Below, one piece after another: positions 30,684-42,188 of a stretch of 64,000 bases of DNA. The stretch lies in contig CBDCDZ010000004.1 in NCBI GenBank assembly GCA_965215565.1, positions 384,001-448,000 of the forward strand. Direction: 5' to 3'. This DNA is from Trueperaceae bacterium (GTDB lineage: Bacteria > Deinococcota > Deinococci > Deinococcales > Trueperaceae). The position numbers and the translations under genes were made by a program. The notes under the pieces are model-generated. The model had not been told where the DNA came from. It was given only the letters and a program-made list of their open reading frames with translations, and ran no database searches. Each line of letters starts with the position of its first letter. Position 1 is the first letter of the stretch.

Positions 30684-32927
30684 TTATTCAGGGTAAGGTT
30701 TGAGCGGTTGGCTGTAACGGTACGCTTGGATATGTTCAAACCCCGGTTTGTCGTGGTCGGCGAACCACTTGTCGCGCCGCGTGTTCCACTCCGCTTTTGC
30801 CGCCGAACCTTCGATAACCTTGAAGCAGTTCGAGCCGAACTTTTGCTGTAGTTTACTGAGTTGCGCTTTATGTGGATAGCTACTTCCGCCGTAGAGAAAG
30901 GTGACGTTAGTACACTCCGTGACGTAATCCACCGGGTTGATACCCCTGCTAGAGAATAGTGAGTTGGGACCGGATGGTTTCGGTGCCATGTAGATGGTGA
31001 CGTTGTTGAGCGCTAAGGGGCACGCTTTGCGGTGCTCCGGTTTTGTACCATTTGCGTCAAGCTGACTCTGCTCGTCCCATTTGAAAGGAAAGCCATAAGT
31101 ATTGGTTGCGCCACCATAGCCACTCGCTTGAGGTTTCATTGCGAAGAGCGTGTTCTTGACGGTCATAGTACCAGGAGTACGCTTGAACCCGTACTCGTAT
31201 CCGCGACAGGCGATCCCCACATAGGTCCAATCGACTAGCACGTTATCAATTGTTCCGGCAGCTCTCATGTCGTTGTCTAAGATGTCGTCGCCTGTATGCC
31301 GGAAGTAGGAGTGCGAGAGTGTCCAGTTCTCGGCATGATCACTTGCAGGGGCGGTTTTTCGACCGTTGACCCAGCGCACCGAACCGATGCTGAGCGCGTC
31401 GCCGGCTGTGTCGCCCGCTGCCCGCTCTATCTTAGCTCCTTTTGAACCCAAGATGCTCACGAAGTTACGCCCGCCGTGGAAGATGTTGTCCCAATTCGAG
31501 GTATCTTTGGCGTCAGTTTTGAGCGTGCCGCCCGAGACACATAGACCACTGCCATTGTCTTCAAGTCTAATTGCTGTAGGATTTTCGCTCGGGACCCCGG
31601 TGATGGTCTTGCCTGTCAACTTGACCTGGGCGTTTGCTGAAAGACTTCTGAGCCTCAAGCTGGTTGTATCTGTAGGTACCGTAGGGTTGGAACTCGTCAA
31701 ACAGGTAGAGATAGTAGGCGTAGGAGTGGGTGTAGGTGCAGATGTGCCACCGGGTGTGTAGCTCTTGCTAGAAGAAATCTCTAAGGCGTCAAGGGTAAAG
31801 CCGTCTTCACGCATCCACACATTAACCGTATGAACGCCTTTCGAGGGAACATTGATAGTAGCGACAGGTCCGCCCATCGTTTCGTTGACCCAGGTGTACG
31901 CCGTATCGAAGCCGCCATCGATATTATCGGCGCTGCTCACAGCGTTGCTATTAAATCCCACGTGCAAAGAGTTGCTCGAACTCGTTGGTCCACTCTTAGG
32001 CTTACCGCGTACCCATACATAATGTGTACCGGAGCGGTTAAAGTTGACGGTGTAGTCTAGGCGTGGGCTGTTTGTGGTGTAGTTCGAACTGTTGTTAGTT
32101 CCATTATCGGGCAAGGCTTGCATTGCCTCATTTCCTTGTGCTGCGCTACCCGACACAGATCGCCAACTCTGTCCATTTTTCGCTACGTTATTCTGATTGT
32201 TCTCTGCTTCGATCTGCACGAGTCCGTCTGAGTCTTGCTGATACGCAGCGCTAGGGGTACTACCTGTGCTGTACTCGACATAAAGGCGCGGCGCTACATC
32301 TTTACCGGAATCGCGCGACTCAGCAACTCGTTTGCCATAACCGTACCCAAGAACGAACGCGATTGTGTTGCCGCTCTTCCAATTAGGACGGTCCACAACC
32401 TCTTGCACAATAGCTTTGAGGTCAGGACTACGCTGCGCTGCGCCAGACTCCCCTACAGTATTCCAAGCAGGGATGGACCAGCTTACATTCGCGCTAGTTT
32501 TAGTAGCTCCCGCGAGGTCTGTCGAGGTGTTGAAGAAGGGTGCGTCGTCCTGGTCAATCGCACGAATACCTACGACCGTGCTCACCGAGGTTGCCTCATC
32601 AACCGTAAATTGAAGCCACGCCCGGGTGACCGTCGCGCCTTTCGGCACGTCTATACCTGTAAAGCGCAAGCCAATCTTCTGTTGACCGCGAGAATTATAA
32701 CTATCTCTCGTAATCTCGAGGTCTGAGCTTGTCAGGTATACCTCTGAGCCATCCTCGGACTCTTCGATATCATCGGAGCTTATCCAAGGTATTCTTTCAA
32801 AATTGCTGGTGGCTTGTAGCTCTAATTTTGGTTCATTGTGCAAGTTACCGGTATTGGTACAAGCAGTGAGAAAGAGTATAGTAACAACAAGAGGTAATAG
32901 CTTACGAATGGACAACGTTTCTGTCAT
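30684..32927 (-). CDS. Multidomain secreted lipoprotein (carbohydrate-binding-like domains, Pro/Thr linker, possible beta-helix C-terminus)
   Basis: Lipobox LTAC; GLRFTGIDVPKGATV; IEAEN...VWMREDG; TPTPTPT linker. Confidence 0.75.
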   Translation of the reverse strand: MTETLSIRKLLPLVVTILFLTACTNTGNLHNEPKLELQATSNFERIPWISSDDIEESEDGSEVYLTSSDLEITRDSYNSRGQQKIGLRFTGIDVPKGATVTRAWLQFTVDEATSVSTVVGIRAIDQDDAPFFNTSTDLAGATKTSANVSWSIPAWNTVGESGAAQRSPDLKAIVQEVVDRPNWKSGNTIAFVLGYGYGKRVAESRDSGKDVAPRLYVEYSTGSTPSAAYQQDSDGLVQIEAENNQNNVAKNGQSWRSVSGSAAQGNEAMQALPDNGTNNSSNYTTNSPRLDYTVNFNRSGTHYVWVRGKPKSGPTSSSNSLHVGFNSNAVSSADNIDGGFDTAYTWVNETMGGPVATINVPSKGVHTVNVWMREDGFTLDALEISSSKSYTPGGTSAPTPTPTPTISTCLTSSNPTVPTDTTSLRLRSLSANAQVKLTGKTITGVPSENPTAIRLEDNGSGLCVSGGTLKTDAKDTSNWDNIFHGGRNFVSILGSKGAKIERAAGDTAGDALSIGSVRWVNGRKTAPASDHAENWTLSHSYFRHTGDDILDNDMRAAGTIDNVLVDWTYVGIACRGYEYGFKRTPGTMTVKNTLFAMKPQASGYGGATNTYGFPFKWDEQSQLDANGTKPEHRKACPLALNNVTIYMAPKPSGPNSLFSSRGINPVDYVTECTNVTFLYGGSSYPHKAQLSKLQQKFGSNCFKVIEGSAAKAEWNTRRDKWFADHDKPGFEHIQAYRYSQPLKPYPE

Positions 32928-33127
32928 TTTCTCTCCTTGCCGAGATGTAAAGAGATTGAGTGAGTTTCTGGCTTCATAGATCGACCTTTCAGTTCTTTCT
33001 CAATGTGTTCTTCTTATTGAATGAGGTCGGTTACAAGCTCTTCTTTATATGGGTGGAGCTTGCTGCAACCGTATAGGCATCTACTACCCTTTCCACCTCC
33101 TTTTCAAAAAAGATGATTTAATATATA

Positions 33128-33160
33128 TTTCTAGGTTTTCTAGGTCTTTCTAGGTCTTTC
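33128..33160 (+). repeat. Short tandem repeat in divergent promoter
   Basis: TTTCTAGGT(C) three times. Confidence 0.7.
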
Positions 33161-33272
33161 AAGCGCTTAGCTAAGGGATCGAGTGAGATCAGATACCAAG
33201 TTGTTTTAGGCAGCTAAATATGCAGGCATTCCAGGTTGCTCGCTACGTTAAACTAGATCAAGTAAGCACTCA

Positions 33273-36263
33273 ATGAGGAGGAAGCCGATACTCTATACGT
33301 TAGGAAAACTCTCCCTCGGAGACGCAAGCTTTACTCGGCTCAAGCCACTCATCTTACTGTCCTATTTGAGTTTGGAGGGACCGCAAAGTAGGGCGCATCT
33401 CGGTGAGCTTCTTTGGTCCGACGCGAAAACTCCTCTAGGCGGTCTTTCCGTCGCACTAAGCCGACTTAGACAGGTTTGCCCCGGTAGTATCGAAGCTGAC
33501 GAATACGTTGTTAAAAGTACTTTGCCCACCGACGCGCTCGCCTTCACGAGAGCCGCACAGCAAAGACAGTACAAGGCGGCTCTAGACCTTTACCAAGGAC
33601 CTTTTTTAGAAAATGTTGTCCTATCCGACTGGAGCGTCACGCTAGAGTCGTGGGTCTATACCACCCGTGAAATGCTCGCGGCGCAGGCCCAAACGTGCCT
33701 CTTAAAGCGCGCCAAACGCTACGCCGAAGAGAGCCGTGTAGACCTCGCCGCGCAGTACGCTGAAACCGCCTATACCCTGCCCGCCGCGCCTGCACCCGAA
33801 CCTGAAACGTTGACCCTCATCTTCGATTTGCTCCAAGAAGGTAGGCATGAGGCGGCGCAAGCCGTTGCCGCAGAAGCCGAAGAGTTGGGGCTTACGCTCG
33901 TTAAAGCAGCCTCATCACGCGCTAAAACTAGCATGATCTCTCATAACCTACCTCCGTCAAAAAACGCCTTTATCGGACGTCACGAAGAGATAGTGACGCT
34001 CAGCACACGGCTCAGCGACCCGAATTGCCGACTTCTCACTCTTAAAGGACCAGGAGGTATAGGAAAATCACGGCTCGCGCTGAACGTAGCGCGCGCGCAA
34101 CTCTCTCAGCCACATTTTAAGGACGGCGTTTATTTCGCCTCACTCGAGTCCCTTGGGTCTCCTGACCTTGTTCCGACGCGCATTGCTGAAGTGCTGGAGC
34201 TATCGTTAAGCGCTCAAGAGTCTCCTATTGACCTCATCATGTCCTTTTTGCATCAGAAGCGGGTACTTCTTGTGCTAGACAACTTCGAGCATCTCCGCGA
34301 GGCCGTGCTAACCCTCGCGGAAATCTCGGCGGCGTGCCCCCTGCTCACCTGTCTTGTTACCTCACGTGTTCGGCTTAACCTCAAAGACGAGTGGGTTTTT
34401 CGGGTAGACGGTCTAGCGTATCCCACCTCTACTGAACAGCTCGACGTGCTTTTAGACTATGACGCGCCAAAGCTCTTTGCGCAACGTGCACAGCAAGCGC
34501 TAATAAATCTCTCTTTGACGCGCTCAGACTATCCCGATCTTGTAAAGCTCTGCCGCTTGACAGGGGGAATGCCTTTGGCGCTTGAACTTGCGGCTGCTTG
34601 GTTGCGAATTATGTCCCTTAGGGAAGTTGTCGAAGAGGTAGAACGCGGCGCTGGACTCCTCGCCAGTGATTACCGCAATAACGATACGCGGCACGAAAGC
34701 ATTTCAGGGATTCTCGAGCAGTCGTGGCAGCGTGTAAGTAAAGATGGACAAGAGGCGCTTCTTAAGCTTTCCGTTTTTGAGGGCGGTTTTACCCGCGCAG
34801 CCGCCGCGCAAGTCGCGGGTACGACGCTATCTACCTTAGCGAGTTTGCTAGACGCTTCAATGTTGAGTAGGGAGACAGGTGAGCGTTACGGGTTTCACCC
34901 GCTAACGAAACAGTACTTTCTCCAACGACTGCTCGAGGATTCAGCGCACTTTCAAGCTATCAAGTGCCAACACGCTTCGCACTACCTTTCCCTTGCAGAA
35001 GAAGCGGAGTCCGAGCTGAGAGGTGAAAAGCAAAAGGGATGGCTCGAGCGACTAGACCAAGAGCTGAGTAACTTTCGGTCAGCGCTCCACTGGTCCACTG
35101 GTCAGGGGGAAGCCGAGATAGCTTTGAGGTTAGCCAGCGCTCTGCTCACCTTTTGGGAAGTTCGCGGTTACTTTGCCGAGGGGCTTGCTTGGCTTGAACA
35201 GTCACTCAAGCTTGTAGGTAAGATAGACGAAAGAAGCAGAGTGAAAGCTCTCCATGCGGCAGGTACATTGGCTGAGCGACAAGGAGACCTAAAAGCCGCC
35301 CACACCTACTTTGAAGCCGGTCTAACATCAGCTAGAAGCTTAGGCGACCAAGCGCTCATCGTTGAACTGCTTATAGGTATGGGCGTTACACAGATGTATT
35401 TAGGGAACTATGCTGATGCTCAAACCTACTTTGGAGAAGGCGTAGACATAAGCAGAAGCTCGCAAAACGTGCGGGGTTTAGGAAGGTTGCTGAGCAGCCT
35501 TGGAATTGTAGAAACTTACCGGGCGAACTACTCCGCCGCTCGAGCCTATTTCGAGGAAGTTATACCTTTAAGAAAGAATTCGGGCGATATACTTGGCTTA
35601 GCAGCATCCTTGCAAAACTGGGGACTTTTAGAAGTGAAAGAAGGAAACTATTCAATGGCTCGCACTCTTGTCGAGCAAAGTTTAGAAATTACCGAAAACT
35701 TAGGACATGTATATGGCAGCGCTGCCTTGCTTAACAGCTTAGGATTTTTGGAAGAACATGATGGCAATCTACCAGCGGCAAAAAGATATTACCGAAGGTG
35801 CTTGCTGCTAAGAGACAGGATGAGCGACCAGCGCGGCAGAGCGGAAGTGCTAACCAACCTAGGTGAAATTGCCTTGAGACAGAAGAGTTACGCCGAAGCC
35901 CATAAACACTTTGAGCAAAGTCTGAAAATAAGTTACAGGTTGGATTTTAAGTCCCAAACAATCGAAAACATAGAAAAATTTGCGTGTCTAGCATGTTTGG
36001 TGAGTGACTTTACCTATGCTGTACAGTATTGGTCTTACGCGGAGAGGCTCCGACGAGATATAGGTGAGCCTTTAGATATGCCCGAAAAGCAACGCTACGA
36101 CCAAATTCTCGCTACTGCATACGACCATCTCGACGCCAAAGCGCTTGAGATTGCTCAGGAAGCCGGACAACAGTTGACGGTTGAAGAGGTTGTCGATCAT
36201 ATATTGAAGCAACTAGAGTTGCCTCGAGATAATTCCGCCAAAGATTCTTTTACTATACTGTAG
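33273..36263 (+). CDS. AfsR/SARP-like STAND regulator (HTH-BTAD, NB-ARC ATPase, TPR)
   Basis: GPGGIGKS P-loop, LVLDNFEH, GMPLALELAA, multiple TPRs. Confidence 0.88.
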   Translation: MRRKPILYTLGKLSLGDASFTRLKPLILLSYLSLEGPQSRAHLGELLWSDAKTPLGGLSVALSRLRQVCPGSIEADEYVVKSTLPTDALAFTRAAQQRQYKAALDLYQGPFLENVVLSDWSVTLESWVYTTREMLAAQAQTCLLKRAKRYAEESRVDLAAQYAETAYTLPAAPAPEPETLTLIFDLLQEGRHEAAQAVAAEAEELGLTLVKAASSRAKTSMISHNLPPSKNAFIGRHEEIVTLSTRLSDPNCRLLTLKGPGGIGKSRLALNVARAQLSQPHFKDGVYFASLESLGSPDLVPTRIAEVLELSLSAQESPIDLIMSFLHQKRVLLVLDNFEHLREAVLTLAEISAACPLLTCLVTSRVRLNLKDEWVFRVDGLAYPTSTEQLDVLLDYDAPKLFAQRAQQALINLSLTRSDYPDLVKLCRLTGGMPLALELAAAWLRIMSLREVVEEVERGAGLLASDYRNNDTRHESISGILEQSWQRVSKDGQEALLKLSVFEGGFTRAAAAQVAGTTLSTLASLLDASMLSRETGERYGFHPLTKQYFLQRLLEDSAHFQAIKCQHASHYLSLAEEAESELRGEKQKGWLERLDQELSNFRSALHWSTGQGEAEIALRLASALLTFWEVRGYFAEGLAWLEQSLKLVGKIDERSRVKALHAAGTLAERQGDLKAAHTYFEAGLTSARSLGDQALIVELLIGMGVTQMYLGNYADAQTYFGEGVDISRSSQNVRGLGRLLSSLGIVETYRANYSAARAYFEEVIPLRKNSGDILGLAASLQNWGLLEVKEGNYSMARTLVEQSLEITENLGHVYGSAALLNSLGFLEEHDGNLPAAKRYYRRCLLLRDRMSDQRGRAEVLTNLGEIALRQKSYAEAHKHFEQSLKISYRLDFKSQTIENIEKFACLACLVSDFTYAVQYWSYAERLRRDIGEPLDMPEKQRYDQILATAYDHLDAKALEIAQEAGQQLTVEEVVDHILKQLELPRDNSAKDSFTIL

Positions 36264-36412
36264 CTAAGTCGAGTTCGAGACGAAGATATTACGGCGCTAT
36301 TTCGACCCCCGCTGCCACCACAACATCAGCACCCCTGCCCCGATAAAAAGGAGCGGTAACCCCCCGAGAGCCTACTCACAGGGTCCTTGACTAGCCCGTA
36401 CTGCACCCTCTC

Positions 36413-36766
36413 ATGGACCCTCGCGTGGGGGAGGCTATCGAACTCGGCATCGCGGTGCTAGACGAAGCGCTTTCGGTGCTCGAGTTCGCCTATCAAGTAG
36501 ATAAACCGAGGGGTTTGCAGGTTACGTGCGATGCTATTGGAAACTACTTAGATACGCTCTTTGCTGCTTGGGTCACCCCTGTAGACGACGCGCTGCCTGC
36601 ACCGTCGCTTGCTGAACTTGAAAACGCAGGGCTAGCGCTCGCCAGCCAAAAGACATTCGAAGCGCGTTTAGAAGAGGTGAGTACGCGGCGGCGTCTGCTG
36701 CGTGCGCTCGTCGGGCGGAACGGCTGGGAGTGGTGGCAGGTGGAGGATACGGCTCAGCCTAACTGA
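36413..36766 (+). CDS. Hypothetical protein
   Basis: 117-aa ATG ORF, no recognised motif. Confidence 0.5.
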   Translation: MDPRVGEAIELGIAVLDEALSVLEFAYQVDKPRGLQVTCDAIGNYLDTLFAAWVTPVDDALPAPSLAELENAGLALASQKTFEARLEEVSTRRRLLRALVGRNGWEWWQVEDTAQPN

Positions 36767-36778
36767 TTCGAGTTGAAG

Positions 36779-36812
36779 CTTCTGCGGTTAACGCGCGCGT
36801 TCGCTGCAGAAG
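36779..36812. repeat. 34-bp site, copy 9
   Basis: CTTCTGCGGTTAAC-GCGCGC-GTTCGCTGCAGAAG. Confidence 0.9.
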
Positions 36813-36869
36813 GCTAATACTACGATAGGCCCGTTTCGCAACCTTATTGGTCCATCTGTATATCCATAA

Positions 36870-37025
36870 TGAATGAGAGCGGCGCATGGCTCATGGTTCA
36901 TCTGCCTTGGCTTATCACCGGCTGATGGCTCTTTTTGGAAGGGCCTGCGCCGCTCGTGCGGTGGTCTATCGCTAGATACTTGGGTGCGTATAGCTCGCTA
37001 CAGATGCGCGTAGACCACGGCCACC
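36870..37025 (+). ncRNA. Putative IS110 bridge RNA
   Basis: Two large stem-loops (36877-36955; 36961-37018) in the non-coding leader of an IS110 recombinase. Confidence 0.6.
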
Positions 37026-37037
37026 TGAGGAGGTGAC

Positions 37038-37982
37038 ATGATGGTCATTATAGGCGTTGACCCACATCCTGGTACCCACACAGCAGCTGTGTTGGACATA
37101 AACGGCAAAGAGCTGGCTTACCTCACCGTCGAGAACAGCGAAGCAGGCTTGCAGCGGCTGAGGGATTGGGTAGAGCAGTTTCCTGAACGGGTCTGGGCTA
37201 TTGAAGGGACGAACAACCCCTTTGTGACGGCGCTGAGCCACACGCTCGCCGTGCAAGAAAGCGTCGTCAACATCTCGCCCAACCTCACTAGCCAATACCG
37301 CAGCCGGAGAGGGCGCAAGAAGAACGCCCGAGTCGATGCCGTCAACGTGGCACGGGCTTACCTCGCTAATCCTGATCTGCCTCCGTTCTCACCTCGGGCA
37401 GACGTTGAAGAGCTCAAAGAGCTTACCCGCACCAGAGAACGGCTCGTTGAGACGTTGAAAGCAAGCTGTTCAGCTTTACGTCGACTTGATGAGGGGGCGA
37501 CCAACTACCAAGCATTAGCAGCCGTTGTCGCCTGTCTTGAACAACAGATTTCGATGTTCGAGGCTGACCTAGATAGCCTCGTCAAGACGGCTGGTCCTCA
37601 GCTCTTAGGTTTACGAGGGGTTGCCACCGTCAACGCCGCTATCATCCTGGCAGAAGCAAGTAATGTTGAGCGTTTCCGCGACCAGCACGCTTTTGCAAGC
37701 TACGTCGGCTGCGCCCCCGTCGAGCGCTCGAGCGGGGGGCAGCAGCGCAGGTAACTCGATCCTGGTGGGAACCGGCGACTCAAACGGACCTGCCATTTGA
37801 TCGCGTTGGTAAGACTGCGGACCGATGAAATGACCCGAGCGTATGTGAAGCGTAAACAAGAAGAAGGTAAAACCTTTCGAGCTGCGCTCAGATCACTCAA
37901 AACCATCATTGCCCACGAACTCTACCGCTCTCTGAAGACCACTCGCACTCAACCCGCTTCTTTCATGGGGCCTTGCCCTTGA
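37038..37982 (+). pseudogene. IS110 family recombinase with in-frame stop at 37752
   Basis: IGVDPH, WAIEG, KNARVDA, YVGCAPVERSSG, GGNRRL; both parts share one frame. Confidence 0.9.
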
Positions 37983-38041
37983 CATACTTGATTCCGCTAA
38001 ATACATGCAGAGTAAATTCACTTCACGAAGGAGGTCACCCT

Positions 38042-38453
38042 ATGCGCTCATACGCCCGCGTTCGCAAGCTAACTGAGGAAGAATACCAAGAGTGAAAGCG
38101 TTGGGAGCACTTGAGGACGATGGCAGCAGGCAAGGTCAAGCGGGCTCAGGCAGTGCTGTGCTCGAACCAGGGCTACACCTACGCTGAGATTACACAGAAG
38201 CTCGAGGTGGGTAAACGCACCGTAAGACGGTGGGTGGCACACTTTAACAAACTGGGTATTCCAGGAATAGAAGAGGAGCAGCGTCCAGAATGCCCACGAG
38301 TCTTTACCACCAAATAGGTGAATACGGTAGTCGAAGCGGCATTGGCTAAGCCTGATGGTTTAGGTGTACCTTTTAGCTCGTGGTCTTTAGATAGGCTTGT
38401 CGCCTATCTCAGCGAGAAAAAAGGTATTAGTATGAGCCGCAGCCGCATGAGCG
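38042..38453 (+). pseudogene. IS630-type transposase N-terminal remnant
   Basis: RAQAVL, TVRRWVAHFN..G, WSLDRL with internal stops. Confidence 0.7.
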
Positions 38454-38706
38454 TTGCCACCCAGAATGACTTCGGCAGCTTGGCATGACCTACTTTTACA
38501 TACCCCACCCGGACCTAGCGAGGTGAAGCGCAGGCAGCGCGGACGCTTCACGCCACCGACGTCACACTACTCGATGTATTGGGTTTGCTCTAGTCCGTCC
38601 CTAAACTCCGCAGATACAACCCTTCGCCAAACGTACCCTGAACTAGCGATTCGCCGAACGTGGGACGGACAACGCGCGGCTCTTCTTCGCATTTGGGCGC
38701 TTTATC

Positions 38707-38910
38707 TCACAGCCACACGCCCGCAGCGAGATACATGTGTTCATCCGAAATGCTGAGATGAGACGCTGAGCGCGGAGTCAGCTCGAGTCCATCCGCATAC
38801 ACCAACCCCTTCTCGCGGTAGACACGTAAGCGGCTCGAGGGTCGCCTGAAGCTAAACGTCTCCTGGTGCGCTACACGACCCGCCGAATAACGTTCCAACG
38901 TGCCGGAACC
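38707..38910 (-). pseudogene. ureD: Possible UreD accessory protein fragment
   Basis: [13 protein letters not shown]...LVYADGLEL resembles the UreD core; urease context. Confidence 0.45.
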
Positions 38911-38919
38911 GGGCTCACG

Positions 38920-39060
38920 AGTGTGCTGTGATTGCCCCTGCCCATCCCGGATGACCTTGCCGCTGCCGAAGACGACCTCTTCACCGTAAACGTTGTGGTC
39001 TTTTTCGACTTCTAAGATAAGTGCGGTGTCACCAAGTCACAGCCTGTCATCCGTGGTGGG
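38920..39060 (-). pseudogene. ureC: Urease alpha subunit N-terminal fragment
   Basis: [42 protein letters not shown]. Confidence 0.85.
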
Positions 39061-39113
39061 TAAGCAATGAGTAAAAACCAAAAACCTTTAGACTCATTAC
39101 TCGTTCCTCATTA

Positions 39114-39416
39114 CTAGCTAATCGGATCATGAATCGTCACCAGCTTCGTCCCGTCGGGAAACGTCCCCTCCACCTGAATCTCCAAGATCATTTCAAGCCC
39201 GCCGTTCATCGCGTCGTCGCGCCCTAAAATCGTCGCGCCGTAGCTCATCAGGTCAGGGACGCTCCGCTCGTCGCGGACGCCCTCAAAGACCTCGGCGGTG
39301 ATGAGGGCGATAGCTTCGGGGTGGTTGAGTTTAAGCCCCCTTTCTTTGCGGCGACGGGCGACCTCTGCCGCTGTGAAGATGAGGAGCTTGTCGCGTTCAC
39401 GTTCGGTGAGTCGCAT
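39114..39416 (-). CDS. ureA: Urease gamma subunit
   Basis: [11 protein letters not shown]...GLKLNHPEA...[17 protein letters not shown]. Confidence 0.92.
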   Translation of the reverse strand: MRLTERERDKLLIFTAAEVARRRKERGLKLNHPEAIALITAEVFEGVRDERSVPDLMSYGATILGRDDAMNGGLEMILEIQVEGTFPDGTKLVTIHDPIS

Positions 39417-39420
39417 GAGG

Positions 39421-41583
39421 TCAGCGGATAAAGAGCATCTCTTGATAGGTTGGCAGAGGCCACAGGTCATCGGCGACGATCGCCTCGAGCCCATCCGCCG
39501 CCTCGCGCACTTTATGCATGGTGGACCTGATCTCGTCGTGGGCGTAGTGAGCGCCCTCTAAGCCTTCTGGCACGTCTTGTTTGAGTGCCTCCAACTTCGC
39601 CGTGTTGTCTTGAAGCGATTTGACGAGGCTCGTGACCTTGTCGAGCGTGTCAGTATCGAACTCGTAGCCGATGGCTTTGAGGCTGGCGCAGGTCTGCGCG
39701 AGTTCGCCCTGGTAGCGCACGGCGGCGGGGAAGATGATGGTCTTCGCCATCTCCACAACTAAATTCGACTCCAGGTTGAGGCTCATGACGTACTGCTCTA
39801 AAGCGACTTCGTAGAGGCTCTCCAGTTCGTGTTTGCTAAAGACGTTGTAGGTCTCGAAGAGGGTGATGACCTCCTCAGAGATGTACGCGGGCAGGGCGTC
39901 CGGGGTCGCCTTGAGGTTGGGCAGCCCACGCGACTCGGCCTCCTTTTCCCATTCTTCCGAGTAGCCGTCGCCGTCGAACAAAACCGCGCCGTGCTCTTGG
40001 ATAATGGTCTTGAGAAGCGACTGCACGGCGGCGTTAAAGTCGTCCGCGCCTTCAAGTTCATTGGCGACGTAGTCGAGCGACTCCGCTAAGATGGTGTTGA
40101 TGACGGTAACGGGGCGCGAGATGGACTGGCTCGAGCCCACCGCCCGAAACTCGAACTTGTTGCCTGTAAAGGCGAAGGGGCTGGTGCGGTTGCGGTCACC
40201 TGCGTGTTTGGGCAGAGGGGGCAGCGTGTCCACGCCGACGCTCAACGTGCCCGAGGATTTGGACGAGGTCGCGCCGCCGTTGTTTTTAATCTGCTCAAAG
40301 ACGTCGCTGAGTTGGTCGCCCAAAAAAATAGAGATGATCGCGGGCGGCGCTTCGTTCGCACCCAAGCGGTGGTCGTTGCTCGCGGAGGCAATCGCAGCGC
40401 GTAGGAGCGGCGCGTGGCGGTGCACAGCGCGAATCACGGCGGCGCAGAAGACCAAAAATTGTGCGTTGTCGTGGGGGTTGTCGCCAGGGTCCAGCAGGTT
40501 CCCTTGCGCCGCGTTGCCTAAGGACATGTTCACGTGCTTGCCGCTGCCATTGATGCCCGCGAAGGGTTTTTCGTGGAGCAAGCAGGCGAAGCCGTATGTG
40601 CTGGCGGTTTTTTGCAGCACGCTCATGACAACTTGTTGGTGGTCGGCGGCGACGTTGGCGTTTTCAAAGACGGGCGCGAGTTCGAACTGGGCTGGGGCAA
40701 CCTCGTTGTGGCGGGTTTTGATCGGCACGCCGAGTTTGAACAGCTCGCGCTCCAAAGCGTACATACACGCCTGCACCCGCTCGTTAATCGCGCCGAAGTA
40801 GTGGTCGTCGAACTCCTGACCTTTGGGGGGCGGTGCGCCGAAGAGGGTGCGCCCGGCGGTCAAGAGGTCGGGGCGTGCCAAGTAGAAGCTGCGATCGATG
40901 AGGAAATACTCCTGCTCCGCGCCCGCCGTCGAGGTGACGAGGGCGACGCCCGTGTGACCGAACAGCTTCAACACGCGCTTCGCTTGGGTGTCCAGCGCTT
41001 TCATCGAGCGCAGCAGCGGGGTCTTTTCGTCCAGTATCTCGCCCGTCCAGGCGACGAAAGCTGAGGGGATGGTCAGCGTCAAGCCGTTGGGGTTCTCGGC
41101 TAAATACGCGGGGCTCGTCACGTCCCAGGCGGTGTAGCCTCTCGCTTCGTGCGTCTGGCGGAGCCCGCCCGTGGGGAAGCTCGAGCCGTCTGGCTCCTGC
41201 TGAATCAGGGTATCGCCCGAAAACTCCGAAATCGTGCCGCCTTCCGAGGTCGGCGAGAAAAAGCTGTCGTTCTTCTCGGCGGTCAGCCCGGTCAGCGGGT
41301 AGAAGATATGTCCGTAGTGCGTCGCGCCCTTCTCCACCGCCCACGCCTTCATCGCCGAGGCGATGGCGTCGGCGGTGGACACGTCCAGCGTTTGCCCCTC
41401 CTGAATGGTCTTCTGTAACGACTTAAATACATGTAAGGGCAGGCGCTCTTTCATGACCGCCAAGCTAAAGACGTTGCTGGCGAAGAGGTCGCCCGTCGGC
41501 TGCGCAGCGTAGTCGATAGGTTCTGGCAGTCGGTAAGCAATCGTTTCAGCAACGGACTTCGTGCGCACGGCGTTTCCGCTCAT
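39421..41583 (-). CDS. glnA: Glutamine synthetase type III
   Basis: [55 protein letters not shown]. Confidence 0.95.
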   Translation of the reverse strand: MSGNAVRTKSVAETIAYRLPEPIDYAAQPTGDLFASNVFSLAVMKERLPLHVFKSLQKTIQEGQTLDVSTADAIASAMKAWAVEKGATHYGHIFYPLTGLTAEKNDSFFSPTSEGGTISEFSGDTLIQQEPDGSSFPTGGLRQTHEARGYTAWDVTSPAYLAENPNGLTLTIPSAFVAWTGEILDEKTPLLRSMKALDTQAKRVLKLFGHTGVALVTSTAGAEQEYFLIDRSFYLARPDLLTAGRTLFGAPPPKGQEFDDHYFGAINERVQACMYALERELFKLGVPIKTRHNEVAPAQFELAPVFENANVAADHQQVVMSVLQKTASTYGFACLLHEKPFAGINGSGKHVNMSLGNAAQGNLLDPGDNPHDNAQFLVFCAAVIRAVHRHAPLLRAAIASASNDHRLGANEAPPAIISIFLGDQLSDVFEQIKNNGGATSSKSSGTLSVGVDTLPPLPKHAGDRNRTSPFAFTGNKFEFRAVGSSQSISRPVTVINTILAESLDYVANELEGADDFNAAVQSLLKTIIQEHGAVLFDGDGYSEEWEKEAESRGLPNLKATPDALPAYISEEVITLFETYNVFSKHELESLYEVALEQYVMSLNLESNLVVEMAKTIIFPAAVRYQGELAQTCASLKAIGYEFDTDTLDKVTSLVKSLQDNTAKLEALKQDVPEGLEGAHYAHDEIRSTMHKVREAADGLEAIVADDLWPLPTYQEMLFIR

Positions 41584-41909
41584 AGGGGTTCCTTTCGAGG
41601 TTCATGTGTGTGGTGGTGGGTTGGATCGAGGAATAGCTGAGTTCAACTCGTTTAGCATAACACTACTACTTGCCAAATTGTAAAGGAACAGCTCTTCGGT
41701 TATACACAATTTTTTGCAATTAAGCGGCGTAAATCTGGGCATTTTGCAAATGTTTAGCGCACAACCGAAATATGAAACTTTGACACGTCGGATTGTAACG
41801 AAATAAAAAGTACTTTACTATTGCGTCATTAGACCTCCGACGAAAGTAATTGAAAGATGACATGATGCAGAGATGCGCGAGCAAACGACCCGGAGCTTGG
41901 CGTTGCCGC

Positions 41910-42173
41910 CTGAGAAGTTCAAGCGAAATGATTGAACTGGGTGGCGAAGCGGAGGAAGTAAAAGACTTCGTGCTGAAACAGAAAGAGGCAGTTAGAAGCT
42001 ACCTGGCGCAGCTCGCAGTAGAGGCTAACCTCGCCGAACCCGAGCGGGCGTCTCACGAGTTGATGCTTATCATTGACGGCGCGACAGTAACGGCGCTATT
42101 TCGTAAGCCAGAAGAGGTGGCGCGGCATGTGAGATCAATTTTTGCGGCGACTTCTAAAAGCGATAGGCTGTGA
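41910..42173 (+). pseudogene. TetR-family regulator C-terminal fragment
   Basis: QKEAVRSYLAQL...ELMLIIDGA with no HTH. Confidence 0.5.
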
Positions 42174-42188
42174 GGCGGTGCGAGAATC

